Assembly (NCBI GenBank): GCA_965248695.1
Contig: CBDFKD010000002.1
Coordinates: 2,464,001 to 2,528,000, forward strand
Source of the DNA: Acidobacteriota bacterium
GTDB lineage: Bacteria; Acidobacteriota; UBA890; WLXD01
DNA length: 64,000 nt
Direction of reading: 5' to 3'
Shown here: positions 50,843 through 61,153 of the stretch, one piece after another
How the letters are laid out: every line of letters starts with the position of its first letter
How positions within the stretch are numbered: position 1 is the first letter of the stretch
Notes under the pieces: model-generated
What the model was told of the DNA's origin: nothing
What the model saw: only the letters and a program-made list of their open reading frames with translations
Database searches by the model: none
Position numbers and translations under genes: made by a program

Positions 50843-52195
50843 ATGGCCAACTACGAATTCGATCGGCGGGCTTTCCTTGCCGGCTCGGCGGCATCCGCCG
50901 CGTGGGCCCTTTCCGACCGCGAGGCAGCGGCCAGCGGTGGCATCAACGCACAGGCCGTGCAGGAGGCGCTTACCCCCAGCCTGGATGGGCACCCTGGCCC
51001 ACCCTTCTCCAGAGCCGAGTACGCCGACCGACTGCGTCGCGTTCGCGAGCGCATGGCGCAGGACAACATCGACATGCTGCTGGTCACCATGCCCGAGGGC
51101 ATGTGCTACCTGCACGGTTTGCAGGTGAACTGGTACCAGCAGAACGATGGCCGGTCGCGGATGCTCAATGTGACCGCCGTGCATGTGGATCACGACAAGC
51201 TGATCCACTTCGACAGCCATGCGGAGATCATGGCGACCACATCCGTCGCCGAGGACATCCGCCCACCGGGCGGCGGCGCCCAGCGCTACGAGTCGGTGGC
51301 CAAGGAGCTGAAGGCGGCGGGCTGGCTCGAGGGTACCGTCGGGCTGGAGTTCTGGAGCTATCGTCCCAACCCGGGAAACTACGAGCGCCTGAAGGCAGTG
51401 TACGAGGGTCACGGTTGCAGGCTGGTCGACGGCTCCGACGTCTTGTCGGATGTACGGGTGCAGAAATCGCCGGCGGAGATCGCCGTGATGGAGGAGGCCG
51501 GACGGATCTGCGACCTCGGCTTGCAAGCAATCACCGACAACCTGCGCCCGGGGGTCACCAAGCTGCAGCTGTACGGGGCGATGATGCAGGCGATGGCAGA
51601 TGCGGGTGGCGAGACCGCCGGCCTGCTGCAGGGCGTCAAGGCGGGCGGCTGCAAGTTCCTGCACGGCATCTCGTCGACACGCGAGATCAAGGCAGGCGAT
51701 CACGTCGTCGCCGATATCTGCGGCGTCAAGCACCGCTACCACACCAACACCTGCCGCGGCTGGCATGTCGGCGAGCCGCCGGCAGCGCTGGTCGACATCT
51801 ACAAGCGGAACGGTCACGCCTCGCAGGTGCTGCTCGATACCGCCAAGGCCGGCACTCCGGTCGCCGAGCTCACCAGGGCGTTGCGTCGCTACTACAAGGA
51901 AGTCGGGGTGTGGGAGATGAAGCAGAAGGGCGACTTGCCCGGCTGGACCGGCGGCTACGAGCTCGGCCTCAGCTTCCCGCCTAGCTGGGTCGGCTGGCAT
52001 GGCTTCGCGGTGACCGACACCGACGTTCAGTCCACCTCCAGCCGCAGGCCCTACGAAGCGTTCCAGGAGCGCCAGATCAGCAACTACGAGAGCTTCGCGA
52101 CCGGCAGCACGGCCCTGATCGACACGTTCGTCTTCGAGCCCGACGGTGCCCGAATCCTGACGGACATTCCGGCGGAGTTGATCGTCGTTGCCTGA
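50843..52195 (+). CDS. M24 creatinase/DoeA-like hydrolase with Tat signal, paralog of 21492-22829
   Basis: FDRRAFL; KSPAEI; GYELGLSFPPSW. Confidence 0.85.
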   Translation: MANYEFDRRAFLAGSAASAAWALSDREAAASGGINAQAVQEALTPSLDGHPGPPFSRAEYADRLRRVRERMAQDNIDMLLVTMPEGMCYLHGLQVNWYQQNDGRSRMLNVTAVHVDHDKLIHFDSHAEIMATTSVAEDIRPPGGGAQRYESVAKELKAAGWLEGTVGLEFWSYRPNPGNYERLKAVYEGHGCRLVDGSDVLSDVRVQKSPAEIAVMEEAGRICDLGLQAITDNLRPGVTKLQLYGAMMQAMADAGGETAGLLQGVKAGGCKFLHGISSTREIKAGDHVVADICGVKHRYHTNTCRGWHVGEPPAALVDIYKRNGHASQVLLDTAKAGTPVAELTRALRRYYKEVGVWEMKQKGDLPGWTGGYELGLSFPPSWVGWHGFAVTDTDVQSTSSRRPYEAFQERQISNYESFATGSTALIDTFVFEPDGARILTDIPAELIVVA

Positions 52196-52212
52196 CACAA
52201 GGGCCTGACACG

Positions 52213-54417
52213 ATGTCACCCGGATCCAGACGACGTTTCGTAGGCGGGCTCGGCATGCTCGCTGGTGGTGGGCTGCTTGCCGACGGGCTGAGCGGCTGGC
52301 CAGCATATGCAGCGGGAAGCTGGCGCTCGGTCGGTGCGCAGGCCCCGTGGTCGACCGACGCGGGCAGCGTAGGGGTTTCTCCTGGGCCGTGGACGTCGCT
52401 GCCACAGATGGTGCCGGGCGTGCACCTGGAGAGCCTACGGCTGCGCATGCCGGACGGCGTTCACCTGCACGCGTTGCTCTACTTGCCCACGTCGCTGCGG
52501 GAGATGCGTCCGGTCCCGGCGCTGCTCAACACCACGCCCTACCGCAACATGCCGCGCGCCGACAGTTACCACGCGCGCCACGGCTATGCGTCGATCTACG
52601 TCGATGTCCGCGGCAGCGGCGCCTCCGAGGGGGTCCCCGAGGACGAGTATTCCGAGCAGGAGCACCGCGATACGGCGGCGATCATCGACTGGCTCTCCAA
52701 GCAAGCCTGGTGCAACGGCAACGTCGGCATGCACGGGGTGTCGTATTCGGCCATCAACTCGGTGTGGGTGGCGGCCGACGTGCAGCCGCCAGCGCTCAAG
52801 GCGATCTTCGTGCGCGCCGGTCACGATGCCCGCTACACCGACGACATCCACTTTCCCGGCGGCGCGATGCTGATGGTCGACAACTCCTGGGCCATCGGCA
52901 TGGTCGGCAGCAACGTCATGCCCGGCGCCCCGGACTACCCGCTTTACAACGAGGCCTCGATGGACCGCTGGGAGACACCCCCGTGGCTCATGGGGTTCCT
53001 GCGCCATCAGCGCTACGGCCCCTACTGGGAACGTGCCTCTCTCGCACCGCGCTACGAGCGACTGCAGACACCGACCTTCGTCGCCGGCGGTTACCTCGAC
53101 ATCTACCAGAACTTCGTGATGCGCATCATGCGCAACTCGCCCGCGATCAGCCGCGGCGTGCTCGGGCCCTGGCACCACGGCCTGGTACCGGGGCCGCAGA
53201 TGGACTGGGACGCCATGCAGGTGCGCTGGTTCGATCGCTGGCTCAAGGGCATCGACAACGGCGTCGATCGCGAGCCGCGCGCGTCATTCTTCATGCCTCG
53301 CTGGCAGTCGCAGTCGTTCCGCTACATCGATGACGTGCCCGGCGAGTGGCGCCATCTCGACGCCTGGCCCGACTCCGCCTTCGAGCCCCCGGAACGTCTT
53401 TACTTGCGGCCCGAACCGGAAACGCCGGTCGCGGCGGCGCTCGCGGCCGAGCCCGCACCGGGCCGCGGCGGGCGTCTCGACGAGCAATCGGGCGACGCAT
53501 CGGCCCTGCAGCTGCGCTACTACCCGGCGACCGGTGGATGGGGCCAGTCGTTCGGCCCCACTACAAGCGAGGGCTACTACGGCATCGACCACCGCGCCGA
53601 GGACACCTACGGGCTGAGCTTCGACACCGCGCCGCTGCGCCAGCCACTGGAGATTCTCGGCTTCGCGCGCGCCCGGCTGTTCGTATCTTCGACCGCCCCG
53701 GTCGCCACCTGGATCGTGCGCCTCAACGACGTCGCTCCGGACGGCTCCTCGTACATGGTGTCGCGCGGCTACCTGAACGGCACCCACCGCGACTCGCACA
53801 GCGAGCCGAAACCGCTCGTGCACGGCGAGGTGTACGAGATCGAGGTGGAGATGTGGTGCGTCGGCCACACCTTCGAGCCCGGGCATCGTGTGAGGGTCGT
53901 TGTCACCAACGCCGACTTCCCGGTGATCTGGCCTTCCCCCGCGAAGATGACGACCACGCTCCATACCGGCGGCGACCGTCCATCGTACGTCGAGCTGCCA
54001 GCGCTCACAGCGTCAGGCTACGGAGAGTCGGAGCTGCGACTCATGGACGCGGACGATCCTCGGCGGTCGACGCGTGACAACGTGCAGGCCTACCAGCGCA
54101 CGCACGACGTAGCCTCGGGCGAACACACTGCCTACTTCGAGCTCGGGAACGTGCTGCAGCCGGGCGAGACGTCGACTCGCGGGATGGACCGGATCTGGTG
54201 CAGAGTCGACGAGAACGACCCCGCCGTCGCCTCGGTGCGGTTCGAGGGCACCAGCAGCGGGCAGGCCGGAGGACGCCGGGTGGACGCGCGGGCCGAGGGG
54301 ACGCTTTCCAGCGACGCGCAGGCCTTCACGCTCGACGTCGAGTGCACCCTGCTCGACAACGACGAGGTGGTGCGCAGTCGGCGCTGGCAGGACCGGGTGC
54401 CGCGCGACGGCGTCTAG
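52213..54417 (+). CDS. CocE/NonD family hydrolase with Tat signal
   Basis: SRRRFV; TPY; DVRGSGASEG; GVSYS; GPWHH. Confidence 0.9.
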   Translation: MSPGSRRRFVGGLGMLAGGGLLADGLSGWPAYAAGSWRSVGAQAPWSTDAGSVGVSPGPWTSLPQMVPGVHLESLRLRMPDGVHLHALLYLPTSLREMRPVPALLNTTPYRNMPRADSYHARHGYASIYVDVRGSGASEGVPEDEYSEQEHRDTAAIIDWLSKQAWCNGNVGMHGVSYSAINSVWVAADVQPPALKAIFVRAGHDARYTDDIHFPGGAMLMVDNSWAIGMVGSNVMPGAPDYPLYNEASMDRWETPPWLMGFLRHQRYGPYWERASLAPRYERLQTPTFVAGGYLDIYQNFVMRIMRNSPAISRGVLGPWHHGLVPGPQMDWDAMQVRWFDRWLKGIDNGVDREPRASFFMPRWQSQSFRYIDDVPGEWRHLDAWPDSAFEPPERLYLRPEPETPVAAALAAEPAPGRGGRLDEQSGDASALQLRYYPATGGWGQSFGPTTSEGYYGIDHRAEDTYGLSFDTAPLRQPLEILGFARARLFVSSTAPVATWIVRLNDVAPDGSSYMVSRGYLNGTHRDSHSEPKPLVHGEVYEIEVEMWCVGHTFEPGHRVRVVVTNADFPVIWPSPAKMTTTLHTGGDRPSYVELPALTASGYGESELRLMDADDPRRSTRDNVQAYQRTHDVASGEHTAYFELGNVLQPGETSTRGMDRIWCRVDENDPAVASVRFEGTSSGQAGGRRVDARAEGTLSSDAQAFTLDVECTLLDNDEVVRSRRWQDRVPRDGV

Positions 54418-54504
54418 CCCTTGACGGTCACGCCGATCGGCATCTAGCCTGCCTCCGTGAGCGGCAAACTCCGACGCCACTTTCTTCTGTCAGGAGAGCG
54501 CATC

Positions 54505-55875
54505 ATGGGCACCGAATCGGCACGCGCGCGACATCCACGGCTATGGGGGACGTCGCTGCTAGCGCTCCTCGCCCTGCTGACTTTCAGCGGCAACGCTGTC
54601 TCGATGCAGCAGTCTGGCGCACCGACATCAGCTGGCGGAAACGCCGTCTCCTTCACCCGCGACGTGGCGCCGATCCTGCAGCAGAACTGTCAGATCTGCC
54701 ATCGGCCAGGCTCGGTCGGACCGATGTCGCTGCTTACCTACGATGAGGCCAAGAGCTACGCGCCAATGATCAAGGCGCAGGTGGCCACCCGGGCAATGCC
54801 TCCCTATCACCTCGACACTCAGGTCGGGATCCAAGCAATCAAGGGCGACTGGCGGCTGAGCAAGCAGCAGATCGAGACGATCGTCGGCTGGGTGGACAGC
54901 GGTATGGCGATGGGAGACATCGCCGACATGCCGCCCCCGATGGAATGGCCCGAGGCCCAGAGGTGGCAGCTCGAGGACCAGCTGGGCAAGCCGGATCACG
55001 TGATCGAGTCACGTCCCTACGACGTGCCGGCCGAAGGGGGCGACATTTGGTGGCGTCCGCGAGTAGAGACGGGGCTCAACACCGACCGGCTGATTCGGGC
55101 CTTCGAAATCCGCCCTTCCTTCCCCGCCGGGCGGCAGGTCGTGCACCACGCCATCCCCAGGCTCTTGACCCCCAACGCGGATGGCGAGTGGGTCCGGACG
55201 GCAATGCTGTCGGAATACGCCATGGGCAAGGTCGGCGAAATCATCCCGCAGGACGCGGCCCGGCTGCTGCCGGTGAACTCGCTGATCGAATGGGACGTGC
55301 ACTACTACCCGATGGGCTACGAGATCGAGGACGATCAGATCGAGCTCGGCCTCTGGCTCTACCCGGAGGGCTACGAGCCGGAATACATGCAAGACCTGGA
55401 CATGTATCGCCTGCAAGGCGACATCGCCCTGGCACCCGGCGGAACCGCAATGACCCAGGGTTTCCACCGCTGGGATCATCCGGTTCGGATCGACAGCTTC
55501 CAGCCCCACGGGCACGTACATCTTCATGCCAAATCCATGCGGGCGATCTATCCGGACGGCTCCGAGGAGCTGTTGAGCATGGTGACCAACTTCAACGCGC
55601 GATGGCACCACAGCTATATCTATGAGGACGGCGTCGCTCCGCTGCTGCCCACCGGTACCGTGCTGGTGATCACCGCCTGGTACGACAACACCGAGAACAA
55701 CCCCCTGAATCCCGATCCGGAAGTCTGGTACGCACGCGGCGCCCGCACGACCGACGAGATGTCGCATGCTTGGCTGGCGGTAACCCACCTGGATGAAGCG
55801 GGCTACGAAGAGCTGGCGGCCGAGAGGAAAGCGAAGTCAGAGGTTGCGGCTGAAGACAGTGACGACGGGAGCTGA
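54505..55875 (+). CDS. Secreted heme-c plus copper type II monooxygenase-like protein
   Basis: CQICH; VVHHA; PHGHVH; DEM. Confidence 0.7.
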   Translation: MGTESARARHPRLWGTSLLALLALLTFSGNAVSMQQSGAPTSAGGNAVSFTRDVAPILQQNCQICHRPGSVGPMSLLTYDEAKSYAPMIKAQVATRAMPPYHLDTQVGIQAIKGDWRLSKQQIETIVGWVDSGMAMGDIADMPPPMEWPEAQRWQLEDQLGKPDHVIESRPYDVPAEGGDIWWRPRVETGLNTDRLIRAFEIRPSFPAGRQVVHHAIPRLLTPNADGEWVRTAMLSEYAMGKVGEIIPQDAARLLPVNSLIEWDVHYYPMGYEIEDDQIELGLWLYPEGYEPEYMQDLDMYRLQGDIALAPGGTAMTQGFHRWDHPVRIDSFQPHGHVHLHAKSMRAIYPDGSEELLSMVTNFNARWHHSYIYEDGVAPLLPTGTVLVITAWYDNTENNPLNPDPEVWYARGARTTDEMSHAWLAVTHLDEAGYEELAAERKAKSEVAAEDSDDGS

Positions 55876-55917
55876 CTCGCTCGCTCCGAGATCGCCTTTG
55901 ACCGAAGGAACCAGACG

Positions 55918-56799
55918 ATGAAGGGTCGCTCGCTCCTCACCAGTCTTTGCTTGGCGCTCATCGTCATCCTGAGCCCGGCGTCCGCCGAGGCACAGCAGGT
56001 GCAGCGGCTACCTCTGGCGCCGATACCACCGACAGGCGAGCCGGTAGCGCCGTTCTTCGAAGGCTGGTATGCCAACTCCGACGGCACCTTCACCTTCTCG
56101 TTCGGGTACTTCAACTTGAACATGGAGGAGGTGCTCGAGATCCCCATCGGGCCGGACAATTTCGTCGAGCCTGCCGAGTTCGACGGTGGGCAGCCGACCC
56201 ACTTCCCGGTCGATCCGCGTCGGGACAGGGGCGTATTCACGGTCACCGTGCCCGCGTCGTATCGAGACGGGAAGCAGCGGGTTGTGTGGACCATCCGTGC
56301 CAACGGCGTGGAGTATTCGGTGCCGGGAAGGGTGGGCATCGAGGCTCTTCAGCTCGACTACGGACCGCGAGGCATGGGGTCTGTTCCACCGCGATTACGA
56401 CTAGACCCGGATGGGCCCGAGGGTCAGCATCCGACCGGCGTCCGGCTGATGCAGCCCCAGGTGGCAAAGGTGGGAGCCCCGCTGGCGTTGACCGTATGGG
56501 CCAGCGAGGTCTCGGAACGGTTCGACCACGACCTCGCCAACCGGGACGGTGTAGCGGTGACGCTCACCTGGTTCAAGCATCAGGGACCCGCCGGCGCGGT
56601 CCTGTTCGAGGATCAGGTGATCGTGCTGGAGGAAGGGGAAGGCGAAGCGATCACGACGGCGACGTTCAGCGAGGCCGGCGAGTACGTGCTTCGGGTCCGG
56701 GTGGACAACTGGACCGCCAACGATAGTAGCTCCGGCGATCAATGTTGCTGGACGAATGGATACGTTCCGGTGTCCGTTTCAGGAGGCGGGATGCCATGA
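55918..56799 (+). CDS. Secreted hypothetical protein
   Basis: Signal peptide; typical codon usage; stop overlaps next ATG. Confidence 0.8.
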   Translation: MKGRSLLTSLCLALIVILSPASAEAQQVQRLPLAPIPPTGEPVAPFFEGWYANSDGTFTFSFGYFNLNMEEVLEIPIGPDNFVEPAEFDGGQPTHFPVDPRRDRGVFTVTVPASYRDGKQRVVWTIRANGVEYSVPGRVGIEALQLDYGPRGMGSVPPRLRLDPDGPEGQHPTGVRLMQPQVAKVGAPLALTVWASEVSERFDHDLANRDGVAVTLTWFKHQGPAGAVLFEDQVIVLEEGEGEAITTATFSEAGEYVLRVRVDNWTANDSSSGDQCCWTNGYVPVSVSGGGMP

Positions 56800-58847
56800 G
56801 GAGACCGAAGCTGATGCCGACGATCCAACGCTCCAAATCGACGTGGACGAAACCCGCGATGTGCGCGGCAAGCGTGATCGCCCTGTGCCTGCTGTCGATG
56901 CCGGCCGTCGGACAGAACGGTGCGCCCGGCGCCGGCCCGGAAGGCTCGGGTACGGAGAACGGTGAATGGCATCACTGGGGCGGCGACACGGCCAGCACGC
57001 GCTACTCGCCGCTGGATCAGATCGACGCCGACAACTTCGAGGATCTCGAGGTCGCCTGGGTCTGGCGCGGCGACAACTTCGGTCCCTCGGTCGACAACAT
57101 CATGCGCTCCACTCCCACCTATGTGAACGGCGTGCTCTACACCGTCGCCGGCCAGCGCCGCACCGTCGTCGCCGTCGACCCGGCCACCGGCGAGACGCTG
57201 TGGACCTACCGCGAGCCCTTCACACCGCGCTGGGAACGCTCGATGCGGAAGAACTACGGCAAGGGCGTCGGCTACGCCAACATCGATCGCCGCGGCGTGA
57301 TCTACATGATCTCGCCGGGCTTCTTCCTCCATGCGCTCGACGCGGTCACCGGTAAGCCGATCGAGCAGTTCGGCAACGAGGGTACGGTCGACCTGCTGGC
57401 CGACTTCGGCTACGAGTACGACGCCTACGAGGGGCTTCCCAACGACATCGGCTACATCACCAACTCGTCGCCGCCCATGGTGGTCAACGACGTGGTCGTC
57501 GTCGGCAACTCGCACGAACAAGGCTACCACCAGTCCCGGCGCGAGAACGTACCCGGCAACGTGCTGGCGTACGACGCGCGCTCCGGCGAGCACCTGTGGA
57601 AGTTCAACGTCATCCCCCGGCCAGGTGAGTTCGGTCACGACACCTGGGACAACGACGCCTGGTCGTACGTCGGCAACGTCTCGGCGTGGGCGCCGATGGC
57701 GGCCGACCCCGAGCTTGGGCTGGTGTACTTCGTCACCGACCCGCCGACCAACGACTACTATGGCGGGCACCATCCAGGCGACAATCTCTTCGCCACCAGC
57801 ATCATCGCCGTCGACATCAAGACGGGCGAGCGCCGCTGGCACTTCCAGACCGTTCACCACGACATCTGGAACTACGACAACCCCACCGCACCGATCCTGG
57901 CCGACATTACCGTCGATGGCAGAAAGATCCCGGCGCTGGTGCAGACCACCAAGCAGAGCTTCGCCTACGTGCTCAACCGTGAGACCGGCGAGCCGGTGTG
58001 GCCGATCGAGGAGCGCCCGACGCCGGCGTCGAAGATCCCCGGCGAGAAGACCTCACCGACACAGCCCTTCCCGACCAGGCCGGCTCCCTACGAGATGCAG
58101 GGTGTCACCGTCGACGACCTGATCGACTTCACCCCGGAGCTGCGGCAAGAAGCGATCGCGCTGCTCAGCGAGTTCGAGATGGGTCCGCTCTTCCTGCCTC
58201 CGCTGCACCGCGACAACGACCTGGGCTTCAAGACCTCGTTGACCTGCCCCGGTGGGGGCGGCGGCACCAACATCCCCGGAGGCGCAGCCCTCGACCCGGA
58301 GACGCAGATTCTCTACGTCGAATCAGCCAAGACCTGTTCCTCGAATTTGCTGATTCCCGGCGTCGAGGCAGACGCCCAGTATCCCAACCCGATCGGTAAG
58401 ACGATCATGGCGTGGGCCAGCGGGCCGGGACAGGGGCCGGGCCGAGTACAGGGATTGTCCTATCTCAAGCCTCCCTACGGTCGAATCACCGCCATCGATC
58501 TGAACACCGGCGAGCACCTGTGGTGGATCCCGAACGGCGATACACCCAACTCGGTCACCCACCACCCGGCGCTGCAGGGTCTCGACATCCCCAACACCGG
58601 CAAGCCATCGCACGCCACCAAGGTGGTCACCAAGACGCTGTTGATCTACGCCGAGGGCCGTCGCGGTGAGGCGCTGATGCACGCGGTCGACAAGCGTACC
58701 GGCGAGCGGCTCGGCACGGTGGACATCCCGGCGCAAAGCAACAGCGCGCCGATGACCTACATGCACGAGGGCAAGCAGTACATCGTGCTGCCCATCGGCG
58801 GGCCGACGCATTCCGGTTCACTGGCCGCAATGGCCTTGCCGAACTAG
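56796..58847 (+). CDS. PQQ-dependent dehydrogenase-like propeller protein, paralog of 4632-6656
   Basis: RYSPLDQI, WHFQTVHHDIWNYD, KPPYGRITAID. Confidence 0.88.
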   Translation: MRRPKLMPTIQRSKSTWTKPAMCAASVIALCLLSMPAVGQNGAPGAGPEGSGTENGEWHHWGGDTASTRYSPLDQIDADNFEDLEVAWVWRGDNFGPSVDNIMRSTPTYVNGVLYTVAGQRRTVVAVDPATGETLWTYREPFTPRWERSMRKNYGKGVGYANIDRRGVIYMISPGFFLHALDAVTGKPIEQFGNEGTVDLLADFGYEYDAYEGLPNDIGYITNSSPPMVVNDVVVVGNSHEQGYHQSRRENVPGNVLAYDARSGEHLWKFNVIPRPGEFGHDTWDNDAWSYVGNVSAWAPMAADPELGLVYFVTDPPTNDYYGGHHPGDNLFATSIIAVDIKTGERRWHFQTVHHDIWNYDNPTAPILADITVDGRKIPALVQTTKQSFAYVLNRETGEPVWPIEERPTPASKIPGEKTSPTQPFPTRPAPYEMQGVTVDDLIDFTPELRQEAIALLSEFEMGPLFLPPLHRDNDLGFKTSLTCPGGGGGTNIPGGAALDPETQILYVESAKTCSSNLLIPGVEADAQYPNPIGKTIMAWASGPGQGPGRVQGLSYLKPPYGRITAIDLNTGEHLWWIPNGDTPNSVTHHPALQGLDIPNTGKPSHATKVVTKTLLIYAEGRRGEALMHAVDKRTGERLGTVDIPAQSNSAPMTYMHEGKQYIVLPIGGPTHSGSLAAMALPN

Positions 58848-59020
58848 GGATCTCGCTGCGCGACGCGTCGCTCGATCAGTCGGACCGAATGGTCATCGAC
58901 GGGCCCTCGTAGCCCCAGACGGGACCACCCGCAACCTCAGCAGCACTGCGGGGTAGGTCGTGGATGACTCGTCCGTCGACCGGACAATTGAGCGACGACG
59001 GCGGACGCTAGAGAACGAGC

Positions 59021-61027
59021 TCAGTGTCCTTCTTGCCGCTCCCACGGAGTCCAGTCGATGCCCATGACGTACTTCTGCATCCACTGGATCTCTTCGACGT
59101 CGCGTGCGCGCTGGTGCCTCGGCTCGCGGAACCCGTGCGGCTCGCGCGGGAAGCTCACGTAGCGAACCGGCGCTTTGCCGATGTCCTTCAGCGCCGTGAA
59201 GAACATCATGCTCTGCTGGGGAGTGCTCACCAGGTCGCTCTCACCGTGCAAAAGGAGCGTCGCGGTGGTGACGTTGTTCGCGTACCAGAGCGACGAGGCC
59301 CGCCGCCAGTCTTCCGGGTTGGTCCAATGGGCGCCACCGATGTAGTGGTGCCGGAGATCGTAGCTGAGGCCCGGTCCGGTTTCCGCCGTCCAGCTTCCGA
59401 CCATGGCACCCAGGGACGCCGCCTTGAAGCGGTCCGTGTGGGTGATGACCCAGCTGCCGAGGATCCCGCCCCAGCTCCAACCGCGTAGCCCCAGCCGGTC
59501 GGGATCGACGCGGCGCTCGTCGATCAGGTAGTCGACGCCGGTCATCACATCGTCGTATTCGCCGCCACCGACGTCGCCCATGAGCGCGGTCAGCAAATCG
59601 TCGCCGTAGCTGTCGCTACCGCGGATGTTGGGCCCGAACGACGCGTACCCGAGGCCAGCGAACACATGGAAGTCGGACCGGAACTCGTTGGCAAAGTGAC
59701 CCGGTGGACCACCATGGATATCGAGTATGAGCGGTAGACGTGCGCCCTCCTGGGCGTCGGCGGGACGATAGAGGACTCCCTCGATCTCCATCCCGTCCTC
59801 GCTCGCCCAACCTACGATCTCCGCCTCCGCGAGCCGGATCTCCTCGTCGATCCACGGATTGGCGTTGGTCAGTCGAACAGGCTCGAAGTCCGCCGTCGAG
59901 GAAGCGTACAGATCCGTCGGTGTCTGGAAGTCGTTGAACGAGTACACCATCCGCCGTTGGTCGGCGGAGAAATCGAGCGCGCGAAGCGTACCGGCAACGC
60001 TGGTTACATCGGTGACCTGGCCGGTAGCGATGTCGATTCGGTGCAGGTTGCTGTTGGTACGGCGGGTCTCGCCGAACAAGAGGCTCTTACCGTCAGGAGC
60101 CCACGTGAGGCCCGAGATCTGACCCTGCTGCTGGCCTTCCAGCTTTCGCTTCTCACCTGTGTCGACGTTCATCACCCACACGAAGCCGTGGGTCAGATCG
60201 AACTCGTCGTCTGTAGGCGCGTGGAACGCAATTGTCGTCGCCTCCGGGGCCCACCGGGCGCTCTGCTCGGGCGCGTTGTTGTCTGTCAGACGAACCAGCT
60301 GCCCGCTTCCGGTGTCGAGCCGATATAGCTCCGACAGATGGAAGTAGTTGTCGGCATCTTGTCGCGTTGCCGAGAAAACGACTCGTCTACCGTCGGCCGT
60401 TACGTCGAAGCCATCGACGATGAGCTCCTCATCCGTGAGGCGTGCCGCGCGCCTGGATGAGAGGTCGAACACCCAGAGATTGCGCCAGCTGGCCTCCTGT
60501 CGGCCATTCGGACCCTCGCGGACGTAAAACGCGTCGGCGCCCCTGTCGTACTCCTCCTGTTCCTCACGACTTCTCACTTCGTCGGCGGTGAAGAACATCT
60601 GCTGCGCATCGGCGGTCCATCGATAGGCGACGACGCCCGCCTCATGATCCGTCAGCTGCTGCGCCTCGCCGCCGGTGAGGCTGATCCGGAATACCTGCTC
60701 GCTGCCGTCGACCGACCTCAGGAACGACAGGTGCTCACCGTCCGGAACGAACTGGAAAGCGCTGCCGCCTGCATCGCCGATGAATTCCTTCGCCTCTCCG
60801 CCGTCCGCGGCAATGAGATAGTGCCGTAGCCTTCGACGATTCTGCTCCCAGTCGAGCTCTGACTTGGAGAAGAAGACCCGGCTGCCGTCGTGCGACATGC
60901 GTACGTTCTGCAGGCGAACCATGTTCAACGCGTCGTCCACGGTCATCGGACGGCGCCCGACATCCTGTGCGAGAAGGCTCGCGCCGGTGAGCGAGCCGAC
61001 AGTCGCCGCGAGGATCAGTTTCTTCAA
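59021..61027 (-). CDS. S9 family peptidase
   Basis: HGGP, GWSWGG, PREPHG; TTG start inferred. Confidence 0.9.
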   Translation of the reverse strand: MKKLILAATVGSLTGASLLAQDVGRRPMTVDDALNMVRLQNVRMSHDGSRVFFSKSELDWEQNRRRLRHYLIAADGGEAKEFIGDAGGSAFQFVPDGEHLSFLRSVDGSEQVFRISLTGGEAQQLTDHEAGVVAYRWTADAQQMFFTADEVRSREEQEEYDRGADAFYVREGPNGRQEASWRNLWVFDLSSRRAARLTDEELIVDGFDVTADGRRVVFSATRQDADNYFHLSELYRLDTGSGQLVRLTDNNAPEQSARWAPEATTIAFHAPTDDEFDLTHGFVWVMNVDTGEKRKLEGQQQGQISGLTWAPDGKSLLFGETRRTNSNLHRIDIATGQVTDVTSVAGTLRALDFSADQRRMVYSFNDFQTPTDLYASSTADFEPVRLTNANPWIDEEIRLAEAEIVGWASEDGMEIEGVLYRPADAQEGARLPLILDIHGGPPGHFANEFRSDFHVFAGLGYASFGPNIRGSDSYGDDLLTALMGDVGGGEYDDVMTGVDYLIDERRVDPDRLGLRGWSWGGILGSWVITHTDRFKAASLGAMVGSWTAETGPGLSYDLRHHYIGGAHWTNPEDWRRASSLWYANNVTTATLLLHGESDLVSTPQQSMMFFTALKDIGKAPVRYVSFPREPHGFREPRHQRARDVEEIQWMQKYVMGIDWTPWERQEGH

Positions 61028-61153
61028 CGGCCTACTCCCTTTGTCGCGAAGGCTATCACCGCAGCGCGGCACAGCGCGGGTGGCAGCACGGCACCGCGGG
61101 CTGGCGGCCCAGGGAGCGTGGCATGGAGGCCGGCCGACTCTAGCTAGGGCGAC

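Noticed and set aside
58893-59000. Possible amidohydrolase C-terminal remnant VDGRVIHDLP on minus strand
   Set aside because: Too short, with no in-window homolog to support it
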